This document shows positions 47,940 to 57,825 of a DNA stretch of 64,000 bases, in pieces. Origin of the DNA: Nannocystales bacterium (GTDB taxonomy: Bacteria; Myxococcota_A; Polyangia; Nannocystales; Nannocystaceae). Each line of letters begins with the position of its first letter. Positions within the stretch are counted from its first letter, which is position 1. A model generated the notes under the pieces. The model worked only from the letters and a program-made list of their open reading frames with translations, was not told the origin of the DNA and searched no databases. The DNA is taken from assembly GCA_050633305.1 (NCBI GenBank), contig JBOEGF010000010.1:256001-320000 (forward strand), written 5' to 3'. The position numbers and the translations under genes were made by a program.

Positions 47940-48634
47940 TCGTGTCGCTCCAAGTCAGCGGGGGGCGGCTCGGGGTACACGACGGGGTACGCGGGAACAT
48001 GCGCGCCGTGGCAGGCCAGACAGTGGTTTCGCTCGCGCGGACCACGGCTCAGGTCCCAGTACCCATTCATGCCTCCGTGGGCGCCGTGGTCGTAGTCTCG
48101 TTTCTGCGGGCCATGGCACTGCGCGCACAGCCGCATGGCATTGGGGAACTCGACGTGCTGTCCGTCCGCGAGCCGCAAACGGTCTCGGTTGTCGCGGTCG
48201 TGGCACGCGTAGCAACTGAGGTCGCCGTGCGAGAGCGAGATCGACGCGTGTACGACCCGCCCCTGAGGGTTCTGAGCTGCCATCCCGCCGTCCGACCCCG
48301 CATGGCAGACGGAACACGCGACGACGACCGGCTTACCCGTCGAAGTTCGGTCTTGTGTTCGGAGCCCCGCGGCTGCCTCGCGCCAACGGATCGTGGTCGG
48401 ATGAACGTTGTCCGACGTTCGGGCGCTCGCCTCTCCCGATGCCACGGCTCTCGACTCGCAACCGACCCCGCCGAAAAGGAACGCAACACCCAGCAGAGCC
48501 AAGCGGGCGCCGTACTGGAGGGGCAGAAGTGGCTCCGCGGCCCGCTGGGGAGGGCTCCGGCGGAAGGCGTCGTCCCCGTCGCCGGCTTCCGCAGATCGCG
48601 TCGAGTAGCTTGTCACGCATTGGTTGCGTAACAC
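47936..48634 (-). CDS. Tetraheme cytochrome c, probable lipoprotein (true start probably downstream, e.g. TTG 48502)
   Basis: CSVCH, CYACH, CAQCH, CLACH; lipobox-like GVG-C; stop overlaps the next GTG. Confidence 0.85.
   Translation of the reverse strand: MLRNQCVTSYSTRSAEAGDGDDAFRRSPPQRAAEPLLPLQYGARLALLGVAFLFGGVGCESRAVASGEASARTSDNVHPTTIRWREAAAGLRTQDRTSTGKPVVVACSVCHAGSDGGMAAQNPQGRVVHASISLSHGDLSCYACHDRDNRDRLRLADGQHVEFPNAMRLCAQCHGPQKRDYDHGAHGGMNGYWDLSRGPRERNHCLACHGAHVPAYPVVYPEPPPADLERHE
48611..48633. promoter_or_regulatory. Imperfect palindrome, candidate regulator site upstream of the nap operon
   Basis: TGTCACGCA-N5-TGCGTAACA (8/9 symmetric) in a lower-GC patch. Confidence 0.45.
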
Positions 48635-48889
48635 CGTTCAACACCCTCAGAACGGCCCAAATCGTCATGTTAGGCAGCAATCGCTGCGGGGTGGGGGAGA
48701 GGGGGAACGCAGGAGATTCCGGCAAGAAAGACGGTTCTCCGTGCACGGCCACGTGTGGCCCCCATCGTGGTTCGGTGGCGAGCGAAAGGTGGGCGCGTTT
48801 TATCCGCCTGCAGTCGTTTGAGGACGGGGAGGTCGCCGACGTGTCGTGGACCGCGGTTTCGCTGGGCAGCTGGAGACCGGGCGGGGTTG

Positions 48890-49594
48890 CTAGAGCGAGC
48901 CGGCGATCTCTTCGACGATGCCCTTCGCGGCGGTGGCAGGGTCTTCGGCCTTCATGATGGGTCGGCCCACGACGAGGTGCGTCGCGCCACGCTCGATCGC
49001 CATCGCTGGCGTCATGACTCGCTTCTGGTCGCCGACCGCGGAGCCCGCGGGTCGAATCCCCGGCACCACCTTGAACAAGTCTGGCGCTGCAGCGCACACG
49101 CGCTCCAGTTCCTGGCCGCTACACACGAGTCCGGCACACCCTGCCTCCGCTGCGCACTTGGCCCGCATTTCGACCAACTCGGCTGCGGACCGGGTGTGCC
49201 CCGCTTCTTTGCACGCTTGCTCATCTTGGCTGGTCAGGACGGTGACGGCGAGGATGCCGAGGTCGTCACCGGCTTCCTCGACGCAGGCCTTGAGGTGCTC
49301 GACACCGCTGCCCGCATGTACCGTCACGAATCGTGCGCCGAGGCTTCTTGCGCTGGCGATCGCACCGCGCATCGTGTTGGGGATGTCGTGGATCTTGAGG
49401 TCGAGGAACACGTCCACGTCGGGAAATCGCTCCCGCAGCGTTCGAACGACACTGGGCCCCTCGGCGATGAAGAGCTGAAGCCCGACCTTGAACATGCCGA
49501 CACTTCCTTGGAGCTGCTCCGCGCTCGCAAGCGCAGTTGCGGCATCAGGAACGTCCAGGGCGACGATGAGGCGGCTTCGAGCGCTGTCGGTCAC
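48890..49594 (-). CDS. pyrF: Orotidine 5'-phosphate decarboxylase
   Basis: LIVALD, FKVG, FLDLKIHDIPNT, VTVLTS, PGIRP, DQKR, VVGRPI; GTG 49594. Confidence 0.96.
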   Translation of the reverse strand: MTDSARSRLIVALDVPDAATALASAEQLQGSVGMFKVGLQLFIAEGPSVVRTLRERFPDVDVFLDLKIHDIPNTMRGAIASARSLGARFVTVHAGSGVEHLKACVEEAGDDLGILAVTVLTSQDEQACKEAGHTRSAAELVEMRAKCAAEAGCAGLVCSGQELERVCAAAPDLFKVVPGIRPAGSAVGDQKRVMTPAMAIERGATHLVVGRPIMKAEDPATAAKGIVEEIAGSL

Positions 49595-49640
49595 GGCCCG
49601 GTTGTAGCGTGCTGGCTCTTCAGCAGGCAAGCTCGGCCGC

Positions 49641-50780
49641 ATGACCGATTCTCGTCAAGCGTTGTTCGAGTTGCTCGAGTCTGGCGTGGGAGAGGTCTTC
49701 CCCGGTTGTGTCGCGCTGGTATGGCGCGACGGCGCGACGCTCTACCACGAGGCCCACGGAACGGTTGCCACGCACCGGTGGATCCCCGCCGAAGGGAAGC
49801 CGGTGGTTCGTGAGCAGATCTACGACCTTGCCTCGCTGACCAAGATCTTGTGCACGACGTCGCTCGTCGGGCTCGCGGTCTCCGAAGGGGCCCTCGAACT
49901 CGACATGCCGGTGCCTGAACCGTGGAACGCTGGGTGCCCGGGAGCCACGCTTGCCGACCTGCTGGAGCATTGCTCTGGCTATCCCGCACATCGGGAGTAC
50001 TTCAACGAGGTCGAGCCCTACAGCGCGGAGGGGATCCTCGAGAAGATCGCTGCGACGCCGCCCGACTACCCGCTGCGGACGAAGGCGGTCTACTCGGACT
50101 TGGGGTTCATGGTGCTGGGCCGATGGTTGGAGCAGGCGTATGGCCGTGACCTCGACGTGTTGTTCACCGACAAGGTGATGCTCGCCCTTGGGCTTGATGA
50201 TTCACCGATTCCGCATCTTGGGTTCTATCCGCTCAACGGAAATCCTCCCCCGCCGCGTCCGCATCTCGAGCGCATCGCTCCGACCGAGGTCTATGACCCT
50301 GACCTCCATCCCAGCGGAGTACCCTCGCACTTCGATATGCGGAAGAACGCGGCGGTTGCCCATGGGCTTGTGCACGACGACAACGCGTACGTTTGGGGAG
50401 GCGTTGCTGGCCACGCCGGGCTCTTCGGGACCGCGCATGGCGTCCTGGAGGTTGCGAGAGCCTGGGTCTTGAATCTCCTGCCGGGACTGACTCCGGCGGT
50501 GCGCGACCGGTTCTGGCAGCCGAGCACCGTGGTGGGATCGACGCGGCGGCTGGGATGGGACGGACCGTCTGAGGATGGCTCGGGAACCGCCGGCAATGCC
50601 GTCACATCCGCCGCGGTGGGGCACACCGGCTACACGGGCACAAGTTTGTGGGTCGACCCCAACGCACACGGAGGCCCCACGATCTGCGTTCTGCTGAGCA
50701 ACCGCGTGCATCCGATTCGTACCAACGATGCGATTCGGAGGTTTCGTCCCCGGTTCCACGAAGCAGCGTTTGCGCTCTGA
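49641..50780 (+). CDS. Serine hydrolase, beta-lactamase family
   Basis: YDLASLTK (SxxK), YSDLGF, VHDDNA, GHAGLF, GHTGYTGT, LSNRVHP. Confidence 0.9.
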   Translation: MTDSRQALFELLESGVGEVFPGCVALVWRDGATLYHEAHGTVATHRWIPAEGKPVVREQIYDLASLTKILCTTSLVGLAVSEGALELDMPVPEPWNAGCPGATLADLLEHCSGYPAHREYFNEVEPYSAEGILEKIAATPPDYPLRTKAVYSDLGFMVLGRWLEQAYGRDLDVLFTDKVMLALGLDDSPIPHLGFYPLNGNPPPPRPHLERIAPTEVYDPDLHPSGVPSHFDMRKNAAVAHGLVHDDNAYVWGGVAGHAGLFGTAHGVLEVARAWVLNLLPGLTPAVRDRFWQPSTVVGSTRRLGWDGPSEDGSGTAGNAVTSAAVGHTGYTGTSLWVDPNAHGGPTICVLLSNRVHPIRTNDAIRRFRPRFHEAAFAL

Positions 50781-50880
50781 AGACGAGCCTGCTACCGAGC
50801 CCGCTGGGGTAGAACGATTCGGCCGTGCTGTGCGTAGGCAGTTGCGGTCGCGCTACCCTACGCCCGCCGCCCGCCTGATC

Positions 50881-53163
50881 ATGCGTACCTCACTCTTCGC
50901 AGCCGCCCTTCTCCTTGGACTCCCCACCGTTGGATGTGCGACCTCGCGTGGCTCCTTCGGTGCCGCCGACACTGACCTCGGGCTCGAGCGCGTCGTCCTG
51001 TACCGCAACGGAATCGGGTACTTCGAGCGCGCAGGGAAGGTCGACGACGATGTCCTACGGATCAAGGTAAGGCGTGACCAGGTCAACGATCTGCTCAAGT
51101 CGCTCACCGTGATCGACCGCGAGAGCGGGCAGGCCGTCAGCGTGTCGATGCCGCTCGACCCTCAAAGCTGGGCAAACGCGGCGCTCTCCACCCTTGCGCC
51201 GGGTCGCGGTAGCTTGGCCGAAGTGCTCGACGGCCTTCGTGGGACGGAGGTCGTGCTTCGCACCAGCGTCGGCCGACTTCGCGGTCGCGTCGTGATGGTG
51301 GAACAGGTGCTCAACGAGCCGGACCCAAGCGCCCGCGTCGTCGCGCCATCCAGCGACCAGCAACCCACGGTCGACCACAAGGTAACGCTGGTCAACGGTG
51401 ACGACCTGTCCGTCGTGCGGCTCTCCAAGGTCTCTGGGTTCACCCTGCTTGACGGGGATGTGGCGCTGCAGCTCAATCGCCGACTCGATGCGAGCGCGGG
51501 GGAGGGCATGTTCCAGCAGATCGAAGTCGAGATTCGCCTCGCCGGGGCGAAGAGTCACGACCTTGTGGTCAGCTACGTGGTCGAGGCGCCGATGTGGAAG
51601 CCGACCTACCGCGTCGTGTTACCCAAGGAAGGGGAGGGCAAAGCGCTGCTGCAGGCGTGGGCCGTGGTGGACAACACCAGCGGAGAAGACTGGACGCAGG
51701 TTGGGATGTCGCTCACCTCCGGAGAGCCCATCGCGTTTCAGTACGATTTGCACACCCCGCGAAACGTCAATCGGGCTGACCTCACGGAGTCCGGGGTTCG
51801 TCGTCGCGCCGTCGTGGCGCTGGGCGAGACGACCTACGACTTGGATGAAGTCGAGGAGGAGACCGCCGAAGCGGGGGACCCCTGGGGCGACGACATGGCC
51901 AAGGCCGAGCCCGCGCCTGAGGCTGTGGCTGCAGCGAAGCCAGCCAGCAAGTCCGGGGGGAAGAAGCGGAAGTCTGCCCGGCGCGCGTTCGATGCAAACA
52001 TCGGTGCCGGAGATGCGCTAGGCGGAGAAGGATTCGGTGGGGGACCCGGTGGTGGGGCCCCCGCAGCTCCACCGGCGGTCGATTACGACGGACTGCGCCG
52101 AAGCACGCAGGCCAAGGCGCGCGCCAGCAGCGTCGCGGGGATGACCCGGTTCGACCTCACGGAGCGGGTCAGCGTCCCCAACGGAAGCTCCACGATGGTC
52201 GCGATCCTCAACCGCGAAGTCGAGGCAGAGGAAACCTTCCTCTTCCGGCCAGGCGGGGCGGGCATGGGTTACGACACCAACCCGTACCGGGTCGTCCGAT
52301 TCAAGAACTCGAGTCCCTTCGTGCTGGAGCCCGGCCCGCTGAGCATCTACGCCGGCGGCAGTTTCGTCGGGGAGGGTCTCTCCGACACCGTCGGTACCGG
52401 GACGAGCGCGACAGTGCCGTTCGCCGTCGAGCCCAGCATCATGGTGACCTCGAACGCGAAGTACAAAGGCGACGAGATGCGGCTCATTCGCATCATTCGT
52501 GGCGTGCTCGAGGTCGAGCAGTTCTCCCGCACTGAGACGACGTGGAACGTTCGCGGACCTCGCCAAGACAAGTCTTGGAAGGTGCTCGTCCGCCACAACC
52601 AGGCGGGCTCGAACTACGAACTCGTCGATCGCCCCGAGGGCACCGAAGACCTTCCGAGTGCGTACCTCGTGCCCGTGGTCGTCCCGAAGGGAAAGACCAT
52701 GTCCGAGGTCACACTCGTCGAGCAAACTCCGTCCCGAACAACGGTGAGCATCTGGGACGGCCGGGCCGTCAAACTCATGTCTACGCTTCTGCTCTCGACT
52801 GAGCTCACGCCGGAGATGCGCAAGACCTTGCAGCCCATCGTCGATGGCCGAACCGCGATCGGGCGTATCGATACGCAGATCGACGGCCTCAAACGGCAGC
52901 AAGTCGAGTTGGACCAGCGCGCTCGCCAGACCCGGGAGAACCTCGAGGCGATCAAGAAGGACCCCGCGGCTTCGTCTCTTCGAAAGAAACTGTCGGGGCG
53001 CCTCGACGAGTTCACCAAAGGCGGCGACAAGATCGGGCGACAGATCGTGGAGTTGCAGAGCCAGCGGCTGGAGCAGAAGATCGAGCTTGAGGACCTGTTG
53101 CAGGATCTCGACCTCAGGGCGCCCAAGGCCGAGGCGAAGACCAAGACCAAATCGAAGCAGTGA
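50881..53163 (+). CDS. DUF4139-like lipoprotein
   Basis: Lipobox TVG-C; RVVLYRNGIGYFER, NDLLKSLTV, WKPTYR, AWAVVDNTSGEDW; C-terminal coiled coil. Confidence 0.8.
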   Translation: MRTSLFAAALLLGLPTVGCATSRGSFGAADTDLGLERVVLYRNGIGYFERAGKVDDDVLRIKVRRDQVNDLLKSLTVIDRESGQAVSVSMPLDPQSWANAALSTLAPGRGSLAEVLDGLRGTEVVLRTSVGRLRGRVVMVEQVLNEPDPSARVVAPSSDQQPTVDHKVTLVNGDDLSVVRLSKVSGFTLLDGDVALQLNRRLDASAGEGMFQQIEVEIRLAGAKSHDLVVSYVVEAPMWKPTYRVVLPKEGEGKALLQAWAVVDNTSGEDWTQVGMSLTSGEPIAFQYDLHTPRNVNRADLTESGVRRRAVVALGETTYDLDEVEEETAEAGDPWGDDMAKAEPAPEAVAAAKPASKSGGKKRKSARRAFDANIGAGDALGGEGFGGGPGGGAPAAPPAVDYDGLRRSTQAKARASSVAGMTRFDLTERVSVPNGSSTMVAILNREVEAEETFLFRPGGAGMGYDTNPYRVVRFKNSSPFVLEPGPLSIYAGGSFVGEGLSDTVGTGTSATVPFAVEPSIMVTSNAKYKGDEMRLIRIIRGVLEVEQFSRTETTWNVRGPRQDKSWKVLVRHNQAGSNYELVDRPEGTEDLPSAYLVPVVVPKGKTMSEVTLVEQTPSRTTVSIWDGRAVKLMSTLLLSTELTPEMRKTLQPIVDGRTAIGRIDTQIDGLKRQQVELDQRARQTRENLEAIKKDPAASSLRKKLSGRLDEFTKGGDKIGRQIVELQSQRLEQKIELEDLLQDLDLRAPKAEAKTKTKSKQ

Positions 53164-53175
53164 TAGGATTTCGGC

Positions 53176-53682
53176 GTGGGCTACTTCGACGACCTGTTCA
53201 GTCCCGAGTTTCTCTTCGACACGGAGTACAAACAGCGGGAGGACATCGAGCGCATCAAGGAACAGATGCTCGATGCCCCGGACCCGGCGGAGGCAATCGA
53301 GCCGCTGATTCAGCGCGTCGATCGGCTCGAGCTCTTGTGCAAGTCGCTCACGGAGCTGATCGTTTCGAAGGGACTCGCAAGCCGAGAGGAGCTCTCCGTC
53401 GTGACCCAGCAGCTCGACCTTGCCGATGGCGTCGAGGACGGGAGGATCGGGTCACGGGTTCTCAAGAGTGGCCCGCGGTGTACGAACTGTGGGCGTTTCG
53501 TGAACCCGCGCCGCTCACACTGCGTATACTGCCACGCGGCGGTCGAGCAGCAGAGCGCGAAGTCGCCGCCGGAGAGGTTGGTGACCTGCGGTGGGTGTGG
53601 GAAAGACGTCGCCGAGTCGGCCAGTTTCTACACTGGGGCCGGCCTGCGCTGCGACGCGTGTTTTGAAGAGGTCCTCCCTTGA
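53176..53682 (+). CDS. Double zinc-ribbon protein
   Basis: CTNC..CVYC and CGGC..CDAC; N-terminal coiled coil, LDLADGVEDG. Confidence 0.75.
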   Translation: MGYFDDLFSPEFLFDTEYKQREDIERIKEQMLDAPDPAEAIEPLIQRVDRLELLCKSLTELIVSKGLASREELSVVTQQLDLADGVEDGRIGSRVLKSGPRCTNCGRFVNPRRSHCVYCHAAVEQQSAKSPPERLVTCGGCGKDVAESASFYTGAGLRCDACFEEVLP

Positions 53683-53712
53683 CGCTGCGTGCCGCCACCG
53701 GCGAGCTCGGCA

Positions 53713-55155
53713 CTAGCCGTTGATGCAGCTGGGGGGGGCGCCGTCAACGAGCTCGAGCGTGGCGACCTGGCTCTCGCGTGGGGTCAGGAAAGCGGGCGCG
53801 CCAGCGTTCGACCAGCAGACATCTCCGTCCGCGTTGAAGCTCTCGATCTCGATCGCGTAGCCGCCCCACGTCACTGAGTCCATTGAAGTGACGGAGTCGG
53901 TTTTACACGGAGAGAGACTGCCATCGAGCGGAGCCTGGAGCGCATCGATCGGTTGCCCGACGACATCGAGGACGCGGTAGCGAACGTCCGGGTCGCCGAT
54001 CCGGGCGTCGCCGCAGTAGGCCACTTCGGGTCCGTCTTCCCCGGGAACCAGGAACTGATATTGGAACCAAAGCGATCCTTCGAGGGGTTCGAGGAGGTCA
54101 ACATCCGCGAAATCGAGTTCAAGTGAACGCGGCGTTGCGACCCCTGCATCGTTGACCGTGAACTCAAGCGTCTTTCCGACCGTGGCCGGAGTCGGTCCCC
54201 CGACGCCGGTGCGAAGGCCTGTGACCGTCAGGTCGTGGGGCCCCACAGCGAGCGGGGTACTGAACCGTGTCTTGCCGACGATGCACTCGATGGGGTCCAG
54301 CGCGTTGCCGTCGATGGTGAGGTCGAGCAAGCCAACGGTGATGTTGTCGCAGTCCGCGACCGGGTTGCCCGAGAGCACGGAGAGGTTGAGCTCGAGCTCC
54401 GGGTTGAGGACGGGGGTCGATTCGCTGACCCCGAGCTGGCAGCCCGGATCGAGTTGGTCGACGAGCCCGTCCGCGTCTCCGTCGATCCCGTCTTCGCAGT
54501 CGGGAGGGGCTGGAAGGACAAAGTCGTCCAGCCGTCGCGTCTTTTCCGCTTCCACCGTGAATGTCGTGCAGTCGCAGCTTTCGAGCCCGACGTTGCATTC
54601 GCCGTCAACACACAGCGGCGTCCCAGCGGAGTGTGCGGCTTCGAGGAAACCCTCGACCGTGGCGCCCGTGCAGTCCCCAGACTGGGTGTCGGTTTCGTCC
54701 GAGCCGACGAAACCGTCGGAGTCGGAGTCGGAGTCCGGGTCCGAGTCGACCGGCGCCAGGCTGTCGGGACACGTCCCCCAAGGCAGTCCATTGGTCCGGG
54801 TTCCGGCGATGACCAAGGTGTAGTCGCCGGGCGAAAGTGTGGCACCGCGAATCGACCCGCCTTCTTGTCGGAACCGCTCCGGAAAGCAGGGGCGGTCGAA
54901 CTTGTCGGCGAGCAGGTTCAACTCGTCGTAGACCCAGACTTCAACGTCGGAGACGCCGGCGCGCGAGCAGATCGCCGGGCTAGACATCTCGATGTCCTGC
55001 GGCGCCACAGTCGCGGGGTCGGTGCTGGTGCGCGGCTCAACCCGCCATCGAATCGCGTAGCTTCGCTGCTCTTGGCAGCCACTGGCGGCGAGTGCGAGCC
55101 CGATCAGGGCTCCAAAGGTCGAGAGTCGCACGAAGCGGCGTTTTAGCCCTCGCAT
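53713..55155 (-). CDS. Cys-rich acidic lipoprotein
   Basis: Lipobox ASG-C; DCEDGIDGDADGLVDQLDPGC motif; DS repeat. Confidence 0.75.
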   Translation of the reverse strand: MRGLKRRFVRLSTFGALIGLALAASGCQEQRSYAIRWRVEPRTSTDPATVAPQDIEMSSPAICSRAGVSDVEVWVYDELNLLADKFDRPCFPERFRQEGGSIRGATLSPGDYTLVIAGTRTNGLPWGTCPDSLAPVDSDPDSDSDSDGFVGSDETDTQSGDCTGATVEGFLEAAHSAGTPLCVDGECNVGLESCDCTTFTVEAEKTRRLDDFVLPAPPDCEDGIDGDADGLVDQLDPGCQLGVSESTPVLNPELELNLSVLSGNPVADCDNITVGLLDLTIDGNALDPIECIVGKTRFSTPLAVGPHDLTVTGLRTGVGGPTPATVGKTLEFTVNDAGVATPRSLELDFADVDLLEPLEGSLWFQYQFLVPGEDGPEVAYCGDARIGDPDVRYRVLDVVGQPIDALQAPLDGSLSPCKTDSVTSMDSVTWGGYAIEIESFNADGDVCWSNAGAPAFLTPRESQVATLELVDGAPPSCING

Positions 55156-55949
55156 GGAAGGTTGGCAAGGTCGATGACGTGGGCCTCGGCACCTTGCCCA
55201 ACCTCCAGATCGAGGGTGCACACCGTGGCGTCTACCGCGACGTCGAGCAAGTAGTGGCCGGGATCCACCTCGAGGATGGTGTGCGCGGACGGGAGCTCAG
55301 CGCAGGCAGCCGGCGTTCCGGACAGGGAAAGCCCCTGTTCGCTCTCCAGTGCCTCCCGGTACAGGAGGGAGGTGACCGCTGTACCGTCCTCATTGAGCGG
55401 CGGCTCGGCGAGGTCGGCGTCCAGCTCTGCGTAACGAAGCGAGAGCGAGACTTCGTCGCAGGTGTCGGTTTGCTCGAGGCTCAGCTGCATCTCGACGGGT
55501 TCGAGCCCGAAATCGAAATCTTGGAGCGTGATGGTGCGCTCGAGCACATCGATCTCCATCGTTCTGGCGCGCCGGGTGTTTTCCGCGCCGGCGGGGGTCT
55601 CGCTCACGATGTCGACCAGAACCTCGTATTTCTTGGGGCGGAGCTCGACGAAGGCGTCGGAGGACTCCGTCGCGAACTCGGAGATCGTCTGGTAACCGGT
55701 CCCACAGTCGTAGCGAAAGATCTCGGAGCGCGAGGCATCGGTGGTGTCGGTGATCGAGAAGACCACCTCGTCGACCCGTCCCCCTGCGCACGAACGCAAG
55801 CGCTGGCCGTCCTCGCCGTCGATGGTGTTGACCTCGACGAAGCGCCACGAGAACTCCAATCCGGTCGGCTCATCTGCAGGCAGGACGCAGGCCGACACAA
55901 ACAGACATCCCAGCCACGGAAACCACTTACTCACAACCACATCCTTCAA
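55143..55949 (-). CDS. Acidic lipoprotein
   Basis: Lipobox VSA-C; LEFSWRFV; paired Cys. Confidence 0.7.
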   Translation of the reverse strand: MKDVVVSKWFPWLGCLFVSACVLPADEPTGLEFSWRFVEVNTIDGEDGQRLRSCAGGRVDEVVFSITDTTDASRSEIFRYDCGTGYQTISEFATESSDAFVELRPKKYEVLVDIVSETPAGAENTRRARTMEIDVLERTITLQDFDFGLEPVEMQLSLEQTDTCDEVSLSLRYAELDADLAEPPLNEDGTAVTSLLYREALESEQGLSLSGTPAACAELPSAHTILEVDPGHYLLDVAVDATVCTLDLEVGQGAEAHVIDLANLPCEG

Positions 55950-56523
55950 GATCCAATGAGCCGCTCCCCGAGGGGTTGCCCTCCTGATCCATGCCGACGA
56001 CCAGTTGGAAAACCTGCAAATCGGTCACGAGACCGGGGTGTACTACGCGTTCCCGCGGTCCGGGAGCTGCGATGCATGCGTCCAAGTCCCGGCACTCATT
56101 TCCGTCGGCCTGGGTGATCACAGGACTGATCGTGAACTGATACGGGGCATCCGAGGACGGGACGGAGGGGTTGCTGCCTCGTGAGCGGTCACAGTCGAAG
56201 CCCAATGGGGCGACGACTTGGCAGTCTGGATCCTCGCATCCTCCAGCACACTCGGGATCGCAGATGACGAGCTCCGCCGCGAGGTCATAGCGAACCTGGT
56301 CAGAACCGTTTCGGCCAGGCAGAGCACACGATGAGGTTCGGCCCAGATCGAACACGCCTGAGGGGAAGATCGGGTCGCCGTCTCGGTCGACAAACGCCCA
56401 AGCCCACTCGACCACTCCCGTGTCGACCGAGCATCCCGGGGCCGCGACCAACACGCTGGCCACCGCGATCGCCAAAGCGCCTCGCACAAGAGGCAGTCTG
56501 GAGCAGTCCGAGGGGCGGGGCAA
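55927..56523 (-). CDS. Cys-rich lipoprotein
   Basis: Lipobox-like APG-C; VEWAWAFV; CDPECAGGCEDPDC. Confidence 0.7.
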   Translation of the reverse strand: MPRPSDCSRLPLVRGALAIAVASVLVAAPGCSVDTGVVEWAWAFVDRDGDPIFPSGVFDLGRTSSCALPGRNGSDQVRYDLAAELVICDPECAGGCEDPDCQVVAPLGFDCDRSRGSNPSVPSSDAPYQFTISPVITQADGNECRDLDACIAAPGPRERVVHPGLVTDLQVFQLVVGMDQEGNPSGSGSLDLEGCGCE

Positions 56524-56601
56524 TCATCCCCGAAACAGGCTCTGCAGGCCATTTCTTGTTGTTTGACGCGTACGTCGCGGGCCGGTTAGCCTGGCGCCGA
56601 A

Positions 56602-57336
56602 GTGAACGCGCCCTCGATCGCCCTCTTCGCCGCTTCGGCTCCTTCTGCGCTTGTCGCAGAGGTGGACCTCATCAAGTTGCTCACGTCGTCGAAGGGGATC
56701 GTTCTCGGCGTCGTGATTCTGCTGCTGTTGCTGGTCGCGCTGTGCATCTTCGTGATCATCTTCAAGTTCATCCAGGTCACGATGGCGCAGTCGCAGTCCG
56801 TCGCGTTCCTGGACAAGTTCTGGAAGAGCAAGCGTCTCGACGACATCTATCGGGTGGCGGAAGGCGCCAAGAGCAGCCCGATCGCCGCGATGTTCCGTGC
56901 CGGCTACATCGAACTGTCGAAGGTCAAGAAGTCGCAGGCCGAAGGCGACAACGCGAGCATGCACGACAAGCTGGGCGATGCCGACAACGTCGAGCGCGCG
57001 TTGGCTCGTGCCAAGCTGGCCGAGACCACCAAGCTCGAGAACCTGCTTCCCTTCCTGGCGACGACCGGTTCTGCAGCCCCGTTCATCGGCCTGTTTGGGA
57101 CCGTTTTCGGCATCATGGAGGCGTTCCTCAACATCGCGGCTGCGGGCCAAGCAGAGCTTTCCGAGGTCTCGCAGCCTATCGCTGAGGCTCTGGTCACCAC
57201 GGCGCTCGCGCTCGCCTCAGCGGTCCCCGCAGTGGTCGCCTACAACTACTTCCAGCGGCGTCTGAAGGTCCTGGGGTCGGAGATGAGCAACTTCGGCTCC
57301 GACTACATGAACATCGTCAAGCGCCACTTCTTCTAG
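56602..57336 (+). CDS. tolQ: TolQ (MotA/TolQ/ExbB proton channel)
   Basis: FLATTGSAAPFIGLFGTVFGIM, IAEALVTTA, PAVVAYN; context with tolR and tolB. Confidence 0.88.
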   Translation: MNAPSIALFAASAPSALVAEVDLIKLLTSSKGIVLGVVILLLLLVALCIFVIIFKFIQVTMAQSQSVAFLDKFWKSKRLDDIYRVAEGAKSSPIAAMFRAGYIELSKVKKSQAEGDNASMHDKLGDADNVERALARAKLAETTKLENLLPFLATTGSAAPFIGLFGTVFGIMEAFLNIAAAGQAELSEVSQPIAEALVTTALALASAVPAVVAYNYFQRRLKVLGSEMSNFGSDYMNIVKRHFF

Positions 57337-57363
57337 GGGCTGCTTCCGCCCAGACGACCCAGC

Positions 57364-57819
57364 ATGGCGAACAAGTTCATCAACGACGCTCCCAGTGACG
57401 CGAACGAACCCATGGGTTCGATCAACGTCACGTCGCTCGTCGACGTGATGTTCTGCCTGCTCATCATGTTCATGGTCGCGACGCCGCTGATGTCGCCCGA
57501 GGGCATGGACGTCGATCTTCCCGAGGGCCGCGGGGAAGAGATCACCGAGGAGGAGTTCTTCTACTCGATCATTTCGGTCGACAAGACCGGCAAGGTTTTC
57601 CTCGGCACGCTGCCGCTGTCCCAGGACAAGGACAAGCTGGCGGAGGAGCTGAAGAACAACGTCAAGGTCAAGGAAGACGGCAAGGTCTTCATCCAGGGTG
57701 ACCGAAATGTGCCGTACGAGCGGATCGTTGACGTCCTCGTTGCGTTGAAGCAAGCAGAGGTCTCGTCCGTCGGGTTCATTGCGGACCCGCACATGAAGCG
57801 AGTCCGAGGAAGCGAATAG
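57364..57819 (+). CDS. tolR: TolR (ExbD/TolR)
   Basis: INVTSLVDVMFCLLIMFMVATP with the conserved Asp; IQGDRNVPY. Confidence 0.88.
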   Translation: MANKFINDAPSDANEPMGSINVTSLVDVMFCLLIMFMVATPLMSPEGMDVDLPEGRGEEITEEEFFYSIISVDKTGKVFLGTLPLSQDKDKLAEELKNNVKVKEDGKVFIQGDRNVPYERIVDVLVALKQAEVSSVGFIADPHMKRVRGSE

Positions 57820-57825
57820 AGCCAA

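Noticed and set aside
49641..50780. Bona fide beta-lactamase resistance gene
   Set aside because: Motifs (YSD, VHDDNA, GHAGLF) fit the broad esterase/serine hydrolase subgroup; no signal peptide
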